64,000 nucleotides of DNA from a virus (taxonomy: Duplodnaviria; Caudoviricetes): positions 192,001-256,000 of the IMG/VR virus record IMGVR_UViG_3300021255_002539; one strand, given 5' to 3'. The position numbers and the translations under genes were made by a program. Below are positions 11,488 to 21,863 of the stretch, piece after piece (the first letter of the stretch is position 1; each line of letters begins with the position of its first letter). The notes beneath the pieces are model-generated. The model saw only the letters and a list, made by a program, of their open reading frames with translations, ran no database searches and had not been told where the DNA came from.

Positions 11488-12558
11488 ATGAAAGTGTCAG
11501 AGACAACGAAGAAGATATACGAAGGGATATCCAACATCCTCAAGGAGAATGGACAGCCCCTCACCAAGGCTCAGGTGTATGCCATCGAGAGCATGGTCGA
11601 GACGGTCGAGGATGCCACCGAGAAGAGGTGTTGCGAGGTCACTGAGGGCATCTTGAAGAAGAAGGACGCATTGATTGCCGAGGCCAACCAGAGGGTGGCC
11701 GCGTGCCAGGGCACTGTTTCTGAAGCCACCATGCAGAAGGTGAACGAGATGGTGGAGAGCAGGATAGCGCAGTTGAAGAAGGACATTCCACAAGTGCTGG
11801 ACTACGCGAAGATGAAGAAGCTCGAGTCCTGCATGGCTACAATCAAGGAATGCGTTGGATACAAGACCGACGAGCAGGTTGAGCGCGTGGCAAACGAGTC
11901 CGCCAAGATGCTCAAGTCCACCAAGTCCCTTATCGAGACACAGGCCAAGACGATTTCTGAGAAGGTTGCTTCGCTTGCTGAGAGTGCTTCGAAGATGAAG
12001 GCACTACAGGAACAGGTGAGGCAGATGAAGCAAACAATAGACGCAAAGGAAAAACAGATAGTCGAAAGCACGAAGACGAACACAGAGCTGGTCAATCAGA
12101 ACCAGAATCTGCAGAAGAAGATAGAGGAAAGCAAGAAGATAACCGAGAGCATAGAGGAAAAAAGAAAGGCAGAGGCATTGAGGTATTATTTGGAGGAAAA
12201 GATATCGAAGTACCCGAAGTACGAGGCAACTCTTCTCAGAAAGCATTTCCAGAACGCCAAGTCCAGGGCAGAGATAGACGAGAACTTCTCCAAGGCACTT
12301 TCGATGGTGCAGGAGAAGCGGGACACGATGAGGACGGTTCAGGCTATACCAGTGGCGAAGGTTCCAGCCACGCAGGTGAACGAGAACAATGGGACCGAAA
12401 AGCAGATTTCAGGTGAAACTATTGTCAAAGAAAGTGGTGGGGCAAACAAAGATGCTTCCCTCTCGATGTATGACGATGGCTTCGTTGAGGTTGAAGCAGA
12501 CTTCGACGAAGACCCAATCAGCAACGAGGAGATGCAGGCGTGGATGTCCCAACTTTGA
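11488..12558 (+). CDS. Prohead core/scaffold protein, T4 gp22-like
   Basis: Coiled-coil protein immediately upstream of the major capsid gene. Carries many x-x-E|S/A/G sites and a C-terminal ..MQAWMSQL helix like gp22. Confidence 0.7.
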   Translation: MKVSETTKKIYEGISNILKENGQPLTKAQVYAIESMVETVEDATEKRCCEVTEGILKKKDALIAEANQRVAACQGTVSEATMQKVNEMVESRIAQLKKDIPQVLDYAKMKKLESCMATIKECVGYKTDEQVERVANESAKMLKSTKSLIETQAKTISEKVASLAESASKMKALQEQVRQMKQTIDAKEKQIVESTKTNTELVNQNQNLQKKIEESKKITESIEEKRKAEALRYYLEEKISKYPKYEATLLRKHFQNAKSRAEIDENFSKALSMVQEKRDTMRTVQAIPVAKVPATQVNENNGTEKQISGETIVKESGGANKDASLSMYDDGFVEVEADFDEDPISNEEMQAWMSQL

Positions 12559-12599
12559 CATACTTCACACCAAACAAAGAACAAAAACAGGTAAAAGAA

Positions 12600-14198
12600 A
12601 TGTTCAAGACAAATTCAGAATACCAGAAGAGGTTGCTCAAGCGTTGGGCACCCGTCCTGGAGAAGGGCGCAGCGATCGACTCCGTCGAGAAGAAGCTCGT
12701 CCTGGCGCAGGTTCTCGAGAACACCCGCAAGGAGTTCACGAAGAAGAACCTGTTCACTGAGGCTGCCCCAACTGCAGTCCAGAACACGATAGACAACCGC
12801 GACCCAGCATATCAGGCTCCAATTCAGGGCAAGGGCGTTCTCACTCAGAACGACTACATCCTCCCCAATGTTGTGATGCCAATGCTCCGCCGTATCTTCC
12901 CAACCCTCATGGCTCACGAACTCGTTGGCGTCCAGGCAATGACTGGTCCTACGGGCTATGTGATGGCTCTCCGCGCGATTGCTGCCAACCCAGAGCGTGT
13001 TGGTTTGCCACAGGGCTATGAATTCGGCTATGGCGATCACGGCCGCACGAACCAGAGCGTCTTCACGGGCGACACCGCAGTGAACACGAATGTTCCTGTG
13101 GACTCCACGCAGTCCCTCCAGAACAAGCTCTATGGCGAGAATCCTGCCCTTGACGACATCGGCATGTTCATCAATGGCACTTCCTACTCCGGCCGTGGCG
13201 TTCCTACGGGCCGTGGCGAGGGCTATGCACATGGAACACCTGCGACATACAAGGGACTTGACGGCAAGGATTATCCTTACATGAATGGTGCAGCAGGATA
13301 TGCTGGTGGCTATGCTGGCGATCCCAACAGGGCACTTGACCCAACATTCGGTCACTGGAGGAACAACACCTATCCTCAGGCCACCATCAAGTTCGAGAAG
13401 CGTTTGGTCGCAGCTGAGACGCGCAAGCTCGGCTCCGAGTGGACGCCAGAGGACGCAGAGGACCTTGAGGCAATGCAGGGAATCGACATCGAGACCGAGA
13501 TGACGAACCTCATCTCCTATCAGCTCGGTGCCGAAATCGACCAGCAGATCAAGGAGTCCATGCTCTACGCTGCATGGGGTACCGCAAAGGTTCTCGATGT
13601 CTCCAAGCTCGATGGTTTGGACCAGATGGGTCGTATCGCAGCAATGCTCACAGTCGTGACGCGCGAGGCGAACGAGATCTCCATCAAGACCCGCCGTGGC
13701 GCAGGCAACTTCGTCCTCGCTTCGACGACGGTTTGCTCCTGCCTCCAGCAGCTCGGTACATCCAAGCTCGTGAGCGACGGCAAGACGATGCCTTCCGTCC
13801 CTGCCTCCAGCATTGGCGCAATGACCAAGGAAGGTCTCATCAACGATGGGCGTCAGCTCCTCGTCCGTGACACCAATACCTTCGGTTCCTACGCTCTCGT
13901 TGGCTACAAGGGAACGCAGGCTGGCGATGCGGGCATTATTTATTGTCCGTACATCCCGGTGACGTTGTATAAAGCAATTAAGCCTGAGAATGGTCTCTCG
14001 GTCATCGGTGCCCGTACGCGCTACGGTCTCGTCGACAACCCATTCGATGCTGACAACTACTACAGCCTTATCAAGTTCACAGGTTTTGACCGCGGGTATA
14101 CGCTTGGCAACTCTGAGCGCACCTTCTTCGGAACCGTCGAGGCTGCTGAGGCTTCCGACAGCACGAACTTCAACTTCCGCAGCGGCCTGGTTGGCTAA
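12600..14198 (+). CDS. gp23: Major capsid protein, T4 gp23-like (532 aa)
   Basis: KRWAPVLE, PMLRRIFPTLMAHELVGVQAMTGPTG, RKLGSEWTPEDAEDLEAMQGIDIE, GIIYCPYIP, RTRYGLVDNPF. Strongly biased (highly expressed) codon usage. Probable cleavage at LFTE|AAP. Confidence 0.95.
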   Translation: MFKTNSEYQKRLLKRWAPVLEKGAAIDSVEKKLVLAQVLENTRKEFTKKNLFTEAAPTAVQNTIDNRDPAYQAPIQGKGVLTQNDYILPNVVMPMLRRIFPTLMAHELVGVQAMTGPTGYVMALRAIAANPERVGLPQGYEFGYGDHGRTNQSVFTGDTAVNTNVPVDSTQSLQNKLYGENPALDDIGMFINGTSYSGRGVPTGRGEGYAHGTPATYKGLDGKDYPYMNGAAGYAGGYAGDPNRALDPTFGHWRNNTYPQATIKFEKRLVAAETRKLGSEWTPEDAEDLEAMQGIDIETEMTNLISYQLGAEIDQQIKESMLYAAWGTAKVLDVSKLDGLDQMGRIAAMLTVVTREANEISIKTRRGAGNFVLASTTVCSCLQQLGTSKLVSDGKTMPSVPASSIGAMTKEGLINDGRQLLVRDTNTFGSYALVGYKGTQAGDAGIIYCPYIPVTLYKAIKPENGLSVIGARTRYGLVDNPFDADNYYSLIKFTGFDRGYTLGNSERTFFGTVEAAEASDSTNFNFRSGLVG

Positions 14199-14229
14199 TG
14201 CGTCGTTGATTGAAGAGGTATACGCAACG

Positions 14230-14270
14230 AAAGATGGTTCGGAGAAATCCGAACCATCTTTGTTTTGTTG
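14230..14270 (+). terminator. Rho-independent terminator after major capsid gene
   Basis: 14-bp perfect stem AAAGATGGTTCGGA-GAAA-TCCGAACCATCTTT followed by a T-rich tract. Confidence 0.85.
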
Positions 14271-14359
14271 TCGGTTTTGTTTGGTTTTTGTCGTATAATT
14301 GTAAATAGTGGTGTCATCATATGACCATCACATCTATGATTGACATACACATACAGCTA

Positions 14360-15449
14360 CAATAAAGACACTATTGACATATGGATACGACATACGACAA
14401 TCTTACTGACAAGGAATTGATAGATGCCGTCAATTCGTTGAATCTACATCCAAAAACCTTTCGCGTGGTATTGTCCAACAGGCACCCAGAACTATATAGG
14501 GAGTTGACGAACCGCACGTCCTTCTTGAATGACTCGTATACCGACACAAAGGAGGTGTCTATATTCTCAAGGATATACTGCCTTGAACATGGATTGACTA
14601 GTGCTCCAATGTGTGCAAGGGAAGGCTGCCCCAACCATGTGCACTGGAACAACGACAACAGGACATTCCATAGGTTCTGCTCCAACAAATGCAAGGCGAA
14701 CGACAGCAATTGGCAGATGGAAGTCAAGCAAACCACTGTTGAACACCATGGGGGAGTTGGATTCGCGTCGCCCGAACTTGCTGACAAGGCACATTCCACA
14801 TTCTTTGCCAAAACGGGATACCATCATCAAATGCACGATCCCAACACAATCATGAAGATAATGGAGACCAATAACCATAGATATGGCAACGACTGGGCTA
14901 TTGCCTCTGAGTCAGTGAAGAACAAGATTGCCTCTACATGCATGGATAGGTTTGGGTACGACAACTATGCAAAGTCCCCAGAATACCAATGTAGAAAGCG
15001 GCACAAGTTCCATTCCAAGAAGTACCCTGGATTGACATTTGACTCCAAGTGGGAGGTCAAGGTCTACGAGTTCTGTCGGGACAACGACATTCCAGTTGAG
15101 TATTCGCCAGAAGTTGCGTTCCCATACGAGTACGATGGTGGAATACACTACTACCACCCTGACTTCAGAATAGAGGGGAGGTTGTATGAGGTGAAAGGCG
15201 ACAACTTCTTCAGGATCAACGAATCAACTGGCCAAGAGGAGATGTTCTGTCCATATAGATACGACTATTGGTCAGACGAGAAGTACGAGTGGATGTGTGG
15301 TCTATACAAAGCCAAGCACCAGTGCATGATTGGAAATGGCATTGTGATTCTTCGGGGTACTGACATAAGGAAGATGGGAAAAACGAAGTCTGGAAGAACC
15401 ATCACATTCCCCCAGACCTCTGACCACAGCCAATAAAGACACTATTGAC
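14360..15449 (+). repeat. 19-bp direct repeat CAATAAAGACACTATTGAC flanking the endonuclease gene (14360-14378 and 15431-15449)
   Basis: Exact match read directly from the sequence. Confidence 0.9.
14381..15436 (+). CDS. Free-standing homing-endonuclease-like protein (PD-(D/E)xK type with repeat/zinc-binding N-terminus)
   Basis: FCSNKC motif and (K/R)YG/RFG-type repeats. C-terminal FDSKWE..YHPDFRI..YEVKG nuclease motif. Confidence 0.7.
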   Translation: MDTTYDNLTDKELIDAVNSLNLHPKTFRVVLSNRHPELYRELTNRTSFLNDSYTDTKEVSIFSRIYCLEHGLTSAPMCAREGCPNHVHWNNDNRTFHRFCSNKCKANDSNWQMEVKQTTVEHHGGVGFASPELADKAHSTFFAKTGYHHQMHDPNTIMKIMETNNHRYGNDWAIASESVKNKIASTCMDRFGYDNYAKSPEYQCRKRHKFHSKKYPGLTFDSKWEVKVYEFCRDNDIPVEYSPEVAFPYEYDGGIHYYHPDFRIEGRLYEVKGDNFFRINESTGQEEMFCPYRYDYWSDEKYEWMCGLYKAKHQCMIGNGIVILRGTDIRKMGKTKSGRTITFPQTSDHSQ

Positions 15450-15542
15450 CATGGCTAATGTAAATTATACAACAAGAGCAACGACTTCAAAACCTGTCTT
15501 CTGACATGTTCTCCACTAAATCCTTGGCGCACACGAGTTTCT

Positions 15543-15821
15543 TCATTTGATTGGATTAGTCATGCGGTATTCAATCCAGTACTTGTCCATCTTGATTGAC
15601 TTTTCCACGAAGTTCGTCCACACCTGGGTGTCGTTGACCATCTTCAGAACCATATCCCTGTCGTATTCCTGGGTGGGGTTGTGGTACTTGATGATCAGCT
15701 TGTTCTCGTAGCCAGTGTTTTCCACATTCCATTTGATAATCCAAGAAATAAATAGTATTACGCAGGTTATCAGTATCCCAACGAGTGCTCCGGCGCAGAA
15801 GGCTTGGTTTTCTTTGTCCAT
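15543..15821 (-). CDS. Small membrane protein
   Basis: MDKENQ start with AGGAG RBS. One TM helix (AFCAGALVGILITCVILFISWII). Own promoter at 15855-15883. Confidence 0.7.
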   Translation of the reverse strand: MDKENQAFCAGALVGILITCVILFISWIIKWNVENTGYENKLIIKYHNPTQEYDRDMVLKMVNDTQVWTNFVEKSIKMDKYWIEYRMTNPIK

Positions 15822-15891
15822 GTGAATTCTCCTATGTAGTTGTGTTTCGTATATATTATACGACACTACTGGAGAACCGTAAAGTGGGTGT

Positions 15892-17634
15892 TTAGATTGT
15901 GATGTCAACAGAATTGTCGAACTTGGACTTGCTGTAGAACTCCTTGTAGAGCCGCCGACGTTCTGCTCGGTGCCGCTTGCTGTACTTCATGGAGTAGACG
16001 ACATCCAAAACCTCAGCTTGCTTGCCGTCCTTCAAGCGCAATATGCGGCCAATTGACTGGATGGTTCGCGCCATTGACTTGCCACCCACGAACAGAACCA
16101 ACTTGGACAGGGACTTGATGTTGATGCCAGTTGACAGAATGGAGCTTTGACCCAACAACAGGCAGCCCGTGTTGTTCTCCACATACTTCCTCACCCTCTC
16201 TCGCTCTGCAACGGGTATTGAGCCATCTATGAACAATGGGGTTCTGTCTATGACGCCCCTTTCCTTGAGCAAATCAAGATATGTGAACAACCTCTCGCCC
16301 ATTTCTGTCCTGTCGAACAGAATGATGGCGTTGTCGTCCAGGGTCGTGTTTGACACTAGGTAGTTCAGAACTGGCTGGAAGAGCTTTTCGCAGTTCTCCA
16401 CCATGTACTTTTGCTCTGCCCTGAATGGATCTCCAGACCCAACCAACGACATGCCTGTTTCGTCCACAGAGTTTACCTTGTAGATGGAGTTGGGGTGGAA
16501 CAGATACTCGCGGTTGGACATGACATCCTTCACCTCCACGGAGAGGCTGGTTATGGAGCAATTGGAGAGGAAGCCCTGCTCCTGCAGCTCGGTGACGGAT
16601 GCGTCGAACACCTTTGGTCCAGTCAACCCCACCATTTGCCAGAACTTGAAGCCCTTTGGCAGGGTTCCAGACAAGCCAACCCTCAACTTGGTCTCCATCA
16701 GGAAGTTCTCCAGAACCGAGAACCCAGCAGTACCATGGTTGAAGGTCTTGTGCGCCTCGTCCCCAATCACCATGTCGATTCTCCCAATCTCGCCAATGTG
16801 CTGGAGGCAATATGTGGAGTTGGCAATCACGATGGACGCTGTCCTCACATGCTTCTTGTCCTTCGCCTTCGTTGAGCCTGAGAACCTGCACACCTCGGTG
16901 GGTCTATACCCATATTCAAGCAGGTCAGAGTAGAACTGCTCCACCAGCCCGATGTTTGGGACATATATAAGCGTTCTGAACTCCTCGTTGGGGAAGAACT
17001 GCCTTTTGAGAGTGTATATGAGGTTGGCTATTATCAGGCTCTTTCCTGCGCCAGTTGCTGCCTGAACCAAGCATCTGCCATTCCCCTTGAAGATTATGGA
17101 TCTCACTGCGTCGTCTTGGTAGGGGCGCATTATCCGCACATTGGGATCCTCTGGGTTCTCTGCCCTGTCCAGCGAGATGTTGTCCACCTCGAAGTTGTCC
17201 TTGTCAATCTTGAGTTCGGATATCTTCTTGGCGAGTGGAACCAGGTAGTCGTATACATAGAGCTTCGCCCTGGGACCAATTAGAGCCAGTTTGCTGGACG
17301 ACAAGTGCGTTGGATTCAGCTCAAAGTCGTTGACGATGAAGTTCAACACCTCGAACAGCAGACCTGTTGGGAAGTATCCAAATGGCGACACCGCATACAG
17401 GTAGGTTGGTTCCCTCTGCCCAGTGAAGAAGCTGGATTGGTCAACCTCCCTGAAGTGGCGAACCACCCTGTCCAGATGCATGGCGTTCCTCACGAACATC
17501 CTGAACATCATTTGCTGGTTGTCGAAGCCGATGTAGAACCTGAAGTTGGGATTCGTGTACATCAAGTCGTCCATGTCGTCCACATACTTCAAGTACTGGT
17601 TCTGGATTGTCTGTGATATGTTGTTTGTTGCCAT
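15892..17634 (-). CDS. uvsW: SF2 DNA helicase, T4 UvsW-like
   Basis: Walker A AATGAGKS, DEAH, SGT, STGINIKSL and QSIGRILR motifs. Confidence 0.88.
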   Translation of the reverse strand: MATNNISQTIQNQYLKYVDDMDDLMYTNPNFRFYIGFDNQQMMFRMFVRNAMHLDRVVRHFREVDQSSFFTGQREPTYLYAVSPFGYFPTGLLFEVLNFIVNDFELNPTHLSSSKLALIGPRAKLYVYDYLVPLAKKISELKIDKDNFEVDNISLDRAENPEDPNVRIMRPYQDDAVRSIIFKGNGRCLVQAATGAGKSLIIANLIYTLKRQFFPNEEFRTLIYVPNIGLVEQFYSDLLEYGYRPTEVCRFSGSTKAKDKKHVRTASIVIANSTYCLQHIGEIGRIDMVIGDEAHKTFNHGTAGFSVLENFLMETKLRVGLSGTLPKGFKFWQMVGLTGPKVFDASVTELQEQGFLSNCSITSLSVEVKDVMSNREYLFHPNSIYKVNSVDETGMSLVGSGDPFRAEQKYMVENCEKLFQPVLNYLVSNTTLDDNAIILFDRTEMGERLFTYLDLLKERGVIDRTPLFIDGSIPVAERERVRKYVENNTGCLLLGQSSILSTGINIKSLSKLVLFVGGKSMARTIQSIGRILRLKDGKQAEVLDVVYSMKYSKRHRAERRRLYKEFYSKSKFDNSVDITI

Positions 17635-17677
17635 CTATCTATATTATACCAAAACTGTATTTGAAGGTAAAGTATCA

Positions 17678-19072
17678 TCAAAATTTTACCTTGAATCCCC
17701 CTTGGTTGCTGTCGTGCGCGGTCCCAAACTGGATTCTTATGTTTTGACTTTGGAGAGACTTCAGAACAGAAATTCCATTCTTGTACCAGTCTCTCCCCTT
17801 TGGCACAGAAATCTTTCCAATTTTCGCACTGAGCATTTTTGAAGCGTCAGCACTGGTTCCAAGGTTATCGTCAGTGTTGAAGATGAGGAACATGTTTATC
17901 CCCTCCAACGAGGTGTATTGGTTAAATAGTGCGCCAAACAGAATTGGAAACAGGGCGTCGTCCAGTTCTTTCTCCTTTAACTTGACTGTCTGAAGATGCG
18001 CTATGATATCTTCATATTTCATTCCCTTGACCTCGTTCAGGAGTTCTTGTGCCTTTGGACCGCTAGCTTCCAGTCCATTCCACACATGGTTCTTCAGAAT
18101 CCTGAAGTTGTTAATCAATTGAACTCGCTCTGTTATGATGCCGGTATTTCCCTTGACTTCCACCTTCATGCCCTTGGAATTTTTATTCTGTCCAATGAGG
18201 ATGTCACCCTTGTCAGTTGGGAGGTTGCAGTCTCCGAAGAACATTGTCAAGGCAATCTCTGCCTTTCCAACGGCCTTGTTGTTCTTGCTGTAGTTGTTTG
18301 CGGTGACCAGCTTTCTGAAAATCTCCATTATGTCATCCATCGTGTATCTTGGGGTCTCGCCTTGGTCTTCGACAAACTGAGCAAATGCGCCGTCAATCAA
18401 CTACCTCAATGTAATTCCTTTCTTGCCCCCAATGTTTCCGAGATATTCTTGCAACGACCTCTGTTTTCTGGAGAAAATCATGTCTATGAACGCCGTGACG
18501 TTGTATGTGTATTCGCTATTGCCATCCGTTTTAGTCATCATCTTGGATATGGTCTTCCCCGTTTCAGCATCCTTTACCTTTCCAATGTAGTCTGGGGACA
18601 ACATCTCAAGAAACTTGCTTGCTCTCACTTTCGGGGACAAGTCAGAAATTCCGCAATTCGAGAAAAGTTTGTCAAGACTTGTTAGCCTTTCCAATCCGGC
18701 TTCTGGACCTTTGCCGCCTCCCAATTTGGAAAAGGTTTCTTTCATGTTGACAAGAACTTCTGATATTTCGTCATCTTCAGCTCCCATGAACTGCGCAATC
18801 ATCCTGCCATGACGCTCGAATTCTGTCCATTCGCCTCTATTGAAGAACCCAGGGTTAGTCGAGTTTGTGGTTTTCCCTTCCTTGACCAAGTTGCTCCTGT
18901 ACTTCATCACTGCGTCGAACAGTGTGGTGGCGAGAATCTGCGACTTTAGGCTGTCCCTTGAGTTTGCTCCCTGCTGGTACTTGAATGCTGGCGTTTCCTC
19001 GTTTTCGTTCATCGGCACGAACTTCTTTGGTTCAGTTTTGCTTTCAATGTCAACCCATTTTCTTTCTTTCAT
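17678..19072 (-). CDS. Hypothetical protein with C-terminal PD-(D/E)xK nuclease-like motif (464 aa, 1 in-frame TAG)
   Basis: ORFs 18401-19450 and 17678-18400 are joined in frame by TAG at 18401. Start MKERKW has a GAGGT RBS and late promoter 19111-19117. Motif GKAE..GDILIG..VEVKG. Confidence 0.7.
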
Positions 19073-19153
19073 GTCTATACCTCTTTTCTTGTACGGGTGT
19101 GTCGTTGAACTATTTACCATTTGCGCAACAATTGTATAATTGAGTGTTGAGAT

Positions 19154-20161
19154 ATGAAAGACTACTACAAGATATTGGGCGTATCGAAGGACGCATCTGC
19201 AGACGAAATCAGGAAGAGTTTTCGCAAGTTGGCACTTCGCTACCATCCAGATCACCAACAGGGGAAGTCTGACGCCGAGAAGAAGGAGGCCGAGGACAAG
19301 TTCAAGGAAATCAACGAGGCATATGAAACCCTCTCTGATCCAGACAAGCGGCGGCAATACGACAACCCCTCTCCATTTGGTGGTTTTGGTGGCGGGGACT
19401 TTGGCGATGGTGCATCTCGGACATGGACATCCCCAGATGGCAGCGTGCATTTCGAGTTCAGTGGTGATCCACGGGCGATGGGTGGTGGATTTGGCTTTGG
19501 TGGCTTTGATCCCTTCATGGGTGGATTCGGACCATTTGGGCGCAGACGGGTCGATCCAAATGCACCCCGTCCTGGCGAGGATTCCATGTTCACATTGTCA
19601 GTTGGGTTCATGGAGGCCATAGAGGGGTGCAAGAAGAAGGTGAGGTTGGGAATAGAGGACAATTGTGGTTGCCTGAATGGCTGCGACAAGTGCAACCACA
19701 CTGGACGGGTACACAAGACCATAACATTGGAGGTCAAGGTGCCGAAGGGTTGTCCACCAGGTCAGAAGCTTCGGGTCGCAGGTCAGGGAAACCGCGGCTA
19801 CAATGGCGGCCCCAATGGTGACATCTACTTCGTCATAGACTCGCCAACCCAATACGATGGCTTCATCAGGGATGGGTTCGACTTGCTTGAGAAGATAGAC
19901 CTTCCGTTCGAGACCTTCATTCTGGGTGGAGACATCAATGTGAAGACCTTGGATGGTGAAGTCAAGTACAACATCAAGCCATTCACCAAGCTGGGCAAGA
20001 TTGAGGTCTTCAATGGCCAGGGCGTTCCTGTCATGAATTCCCTGAATGCAAAGGGTGACTTGAAGGTGCTTCTGAATCCAGTTCTCCCAGACTCCCTCAC
20101 AGAAGAGCAAAGGGAGAAATTGGAGGCATATCGGGATTCCTGTGCCAAGAATGGTAAATAA
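19154..20161 (+). CDS. dnaJ: DnaJ/Hsp40 co-chaperone with abbreviated zinc-finger region
   Basis: KDYYKILGV..YHPD J-domain, G/F-rich linker, CGCLNGCDKCNHTG, C-terminal GDIY/GDL motifs. Confidence 0.92.
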   Translation: MKDYYKILGVSKDASADEIRKSFRKLALRYHPDHQQGKSDAEKKEAEDKFKEINEAYETLSDPDKRRQYDNPSPFGGFGGGDFGDGASRTWTSPDGSVHFEFSGDPRAMGGGFGFGGFDPFMGGFGPFGRRRVDPNAPRPGEDSMFTLSVGFMEAIEGCKKKVRLGIEDNCGCLNGCDKCNHTGRVHKTITLEVKVPKGCPPGQKLRVAGQGNRGYNGGPNGDIYFVIDSPTQYDGFIRDGFDLLEKIDLPFETFILGGDINVKTLDGEVKYNIKPFTKLGKIEVFNGQGVPVMNSLNAKGDLKVLLNPVLPDSLTEEQREKLEAYRDSCAKNGK

Positions 20162-20187
20162 GTCTATAACAACGAGGTATTACTGAC

Positions 20188-21831
20188 ATGGAATGGTATA
20201 GACTTTACAAGGAATCTTCTGATGGATTGACCAAGGATGAGTTCGACAAGTTGTTCTACGACTATGTTGATGCTGTTGACGAGTATTATTGGCAGGAAGG
20301 ATACAAGTCCAAGACCGCCAATATGCTCAAATTGAAGATGAAGGAGTTCATTGACACTGTGAAGTCGAATGTGTCCAGTGACTACAAGCACGACGACCCG
20401 AAGTGGGAAGAGCATGTCAGTATGGTCATAATCGAACTTGACGACATCATAGGCGATGGAAATGACGATTGGATAGAGAGGAAGAAAAGGCAGTTGTGGT
20501 ATGACTTCATTGCTTACAAGTCCTTGCCTGGGGAGAACACCAACGAGTCCTCTGAAGAACCAGTTGACCTCAAGAAACTCCTCAAGTTGAATGGCGTGAC
20601 GAAGCTTCCATCCGGGAGCCAAATCAAGCCAAACAGAATCAGTTGGAGCAAGCGGGGTGGATATGCTGGCCGAAAGACACTTGACCAGATGCGCGAGGTG
20701 CTTGAAGACGCAGGATGGAAGAAGGGGGAGTGGAAGCCAGATGGTTCGCCAGATGGCTCTTGGGTGTCGAATTCAGACAGCTACACATCCCCCGACGGCA
20801 AGATAGTGATGTCCTACTATTCCTGCTATGGGGCGACATCAAGGGACAACAGCTACGGCTTCACATTCAAGTTGGCAGAAAGCCAAATGAACGAGTCGGA
20901 TGAATTGGACGATTGGAACGATGGCGTGCCGAAGGTATACAAGTATCATTCCGACGATACAATTTCCCCAAAGGAGTTTGCTTCCATTGTTCGTTCAACA
21001 GAGCATACAGTAGAGGACATATTCATTCAGAACAGTGACTTCTACGAGAATGCTGACGATCCTTGGGGGGAGTTTGTGAACGACATGTGCCAAGGCAAGT
21101 CCCCAGAGGAGGCGTTGGAACTTGACTACTACATGAATTCGTCGGCCCGGGAGCAGCTTCCAGACGACATTGCCAAGTATGTATATGCGAACGACTTTGA
21201 CGCAATGCAGTGGCTGCGTGGAATATTCGAGCGGCTTATGCCAATATGCAAAGACCCAGTAAATGAGTCTGAAATAAAGGGAACTGGCAGGGTCGATTTC
21301 GACGACGACCTGGTTGCCGTATATACCCCTGATGGAAAACTTGAATACAAGGGGTTGTTCGACGATTGCCCATACAAGGACGACGACATGAGGTACGACA
21401 AGACCACCATGACATATCGCATTGAGGGACCAAATGGCGACTATCGGACGATGGCGAAACTTGCTGAGAGCTGCAGGGAGTCCAGTAGATTTGGCTTCAA
21501 CATTGGAGACAAGGTTGAACTCAAGTCTGATGTCGAGCCAAACAGATTCAGCGGCAGGGGTGTTGTCCCCGCCGGGACAGTTGGAGAGGTTGTCGCAATT
21601 GACAAGCCCATGCGTGGTGTCATCAAGGTGAAGATTGAGGATGGAACAGTGGTTTCGGTGCCTGAGCGCAAGTTGAAGTTCGCAGGAACCGACAACGAGC
21701 CCTGGGAGAAGTACAAAGTCCCAGCGAAGCCAAAACCGTCATTGAAGGAAATCCTGGACAAGCATGGTCCAGAGGAAATCTACAACGAGCCTCCACCAGC
21801 AGACGGTTCTCCAAAGTGGACAGGTGACTGA
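20188..21831 (+). CDS. Multi-module acidic protein with MEWYRLYKES leader (putative internal head polyprotein)
   Basis: 547-aa ORF after GTAAATA (20154). Modules are separated by xNE|S / LAE|S sites. Last module is SH3/KOW-like (FNIGDKVEL..GTVGEVVAI). Confidence 0.7.
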   Translation: MEWYRLYKESSDGLTKDEFDKLFYDYVDAVDEYYWQEGYKSKTANMLKLKMKEFIDTVKSNVSSDYKHDDPKWEEHVSMVIIELDDIIGDGNDDWIERKKRQLWYDFIAYKSLPGENTNESSEEPVDLKKLLKLNGVTKLPSGSQIKPNRISWSKRGGYAGRKTLDQMREVLEDAGWKKGEWKPDGSPDGSWVSNSDSYTSPDGKIVMSYYSCYGATSRDNSYGFTFKLAESQMNESDELDDWNDGVPKVYKYHSDDTISPKEFASIVRSTEHTVEDIFIQNSDFYENADDPWGEFVNDMCQGKSPEEALELDYYMNSSAREQLPDDIAKYVYANDFDAMQWLRGIFERLMPICKDPVNESEIKGTGRVDFDDDLVAVYTPDGKLEYKGLFDDCPYKDDDMRYDKTTMTYRIEGPNGDYRTMAKLAESCRESSRFGFNIGDKVELKSDVEPNRFSGRGVVPAGTVGEVVAIDKPMRGVIKVKIEDGTVVSVPERKLKFAGTDNEPWEKYKVPAKPKPSLKEILDKHGPEEIYNEPPPADGSPKWTGD

Positions 21832-21863
21832 TAAATACAATTATAGACAAAGAGGATAAACAC

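Noticed and set aside
15451-15504. 17-codon ORF after the second direct repeat as a real gene
   Set aside because: Too short, with no support beyond the duplicated start context. Treated as a remnant.
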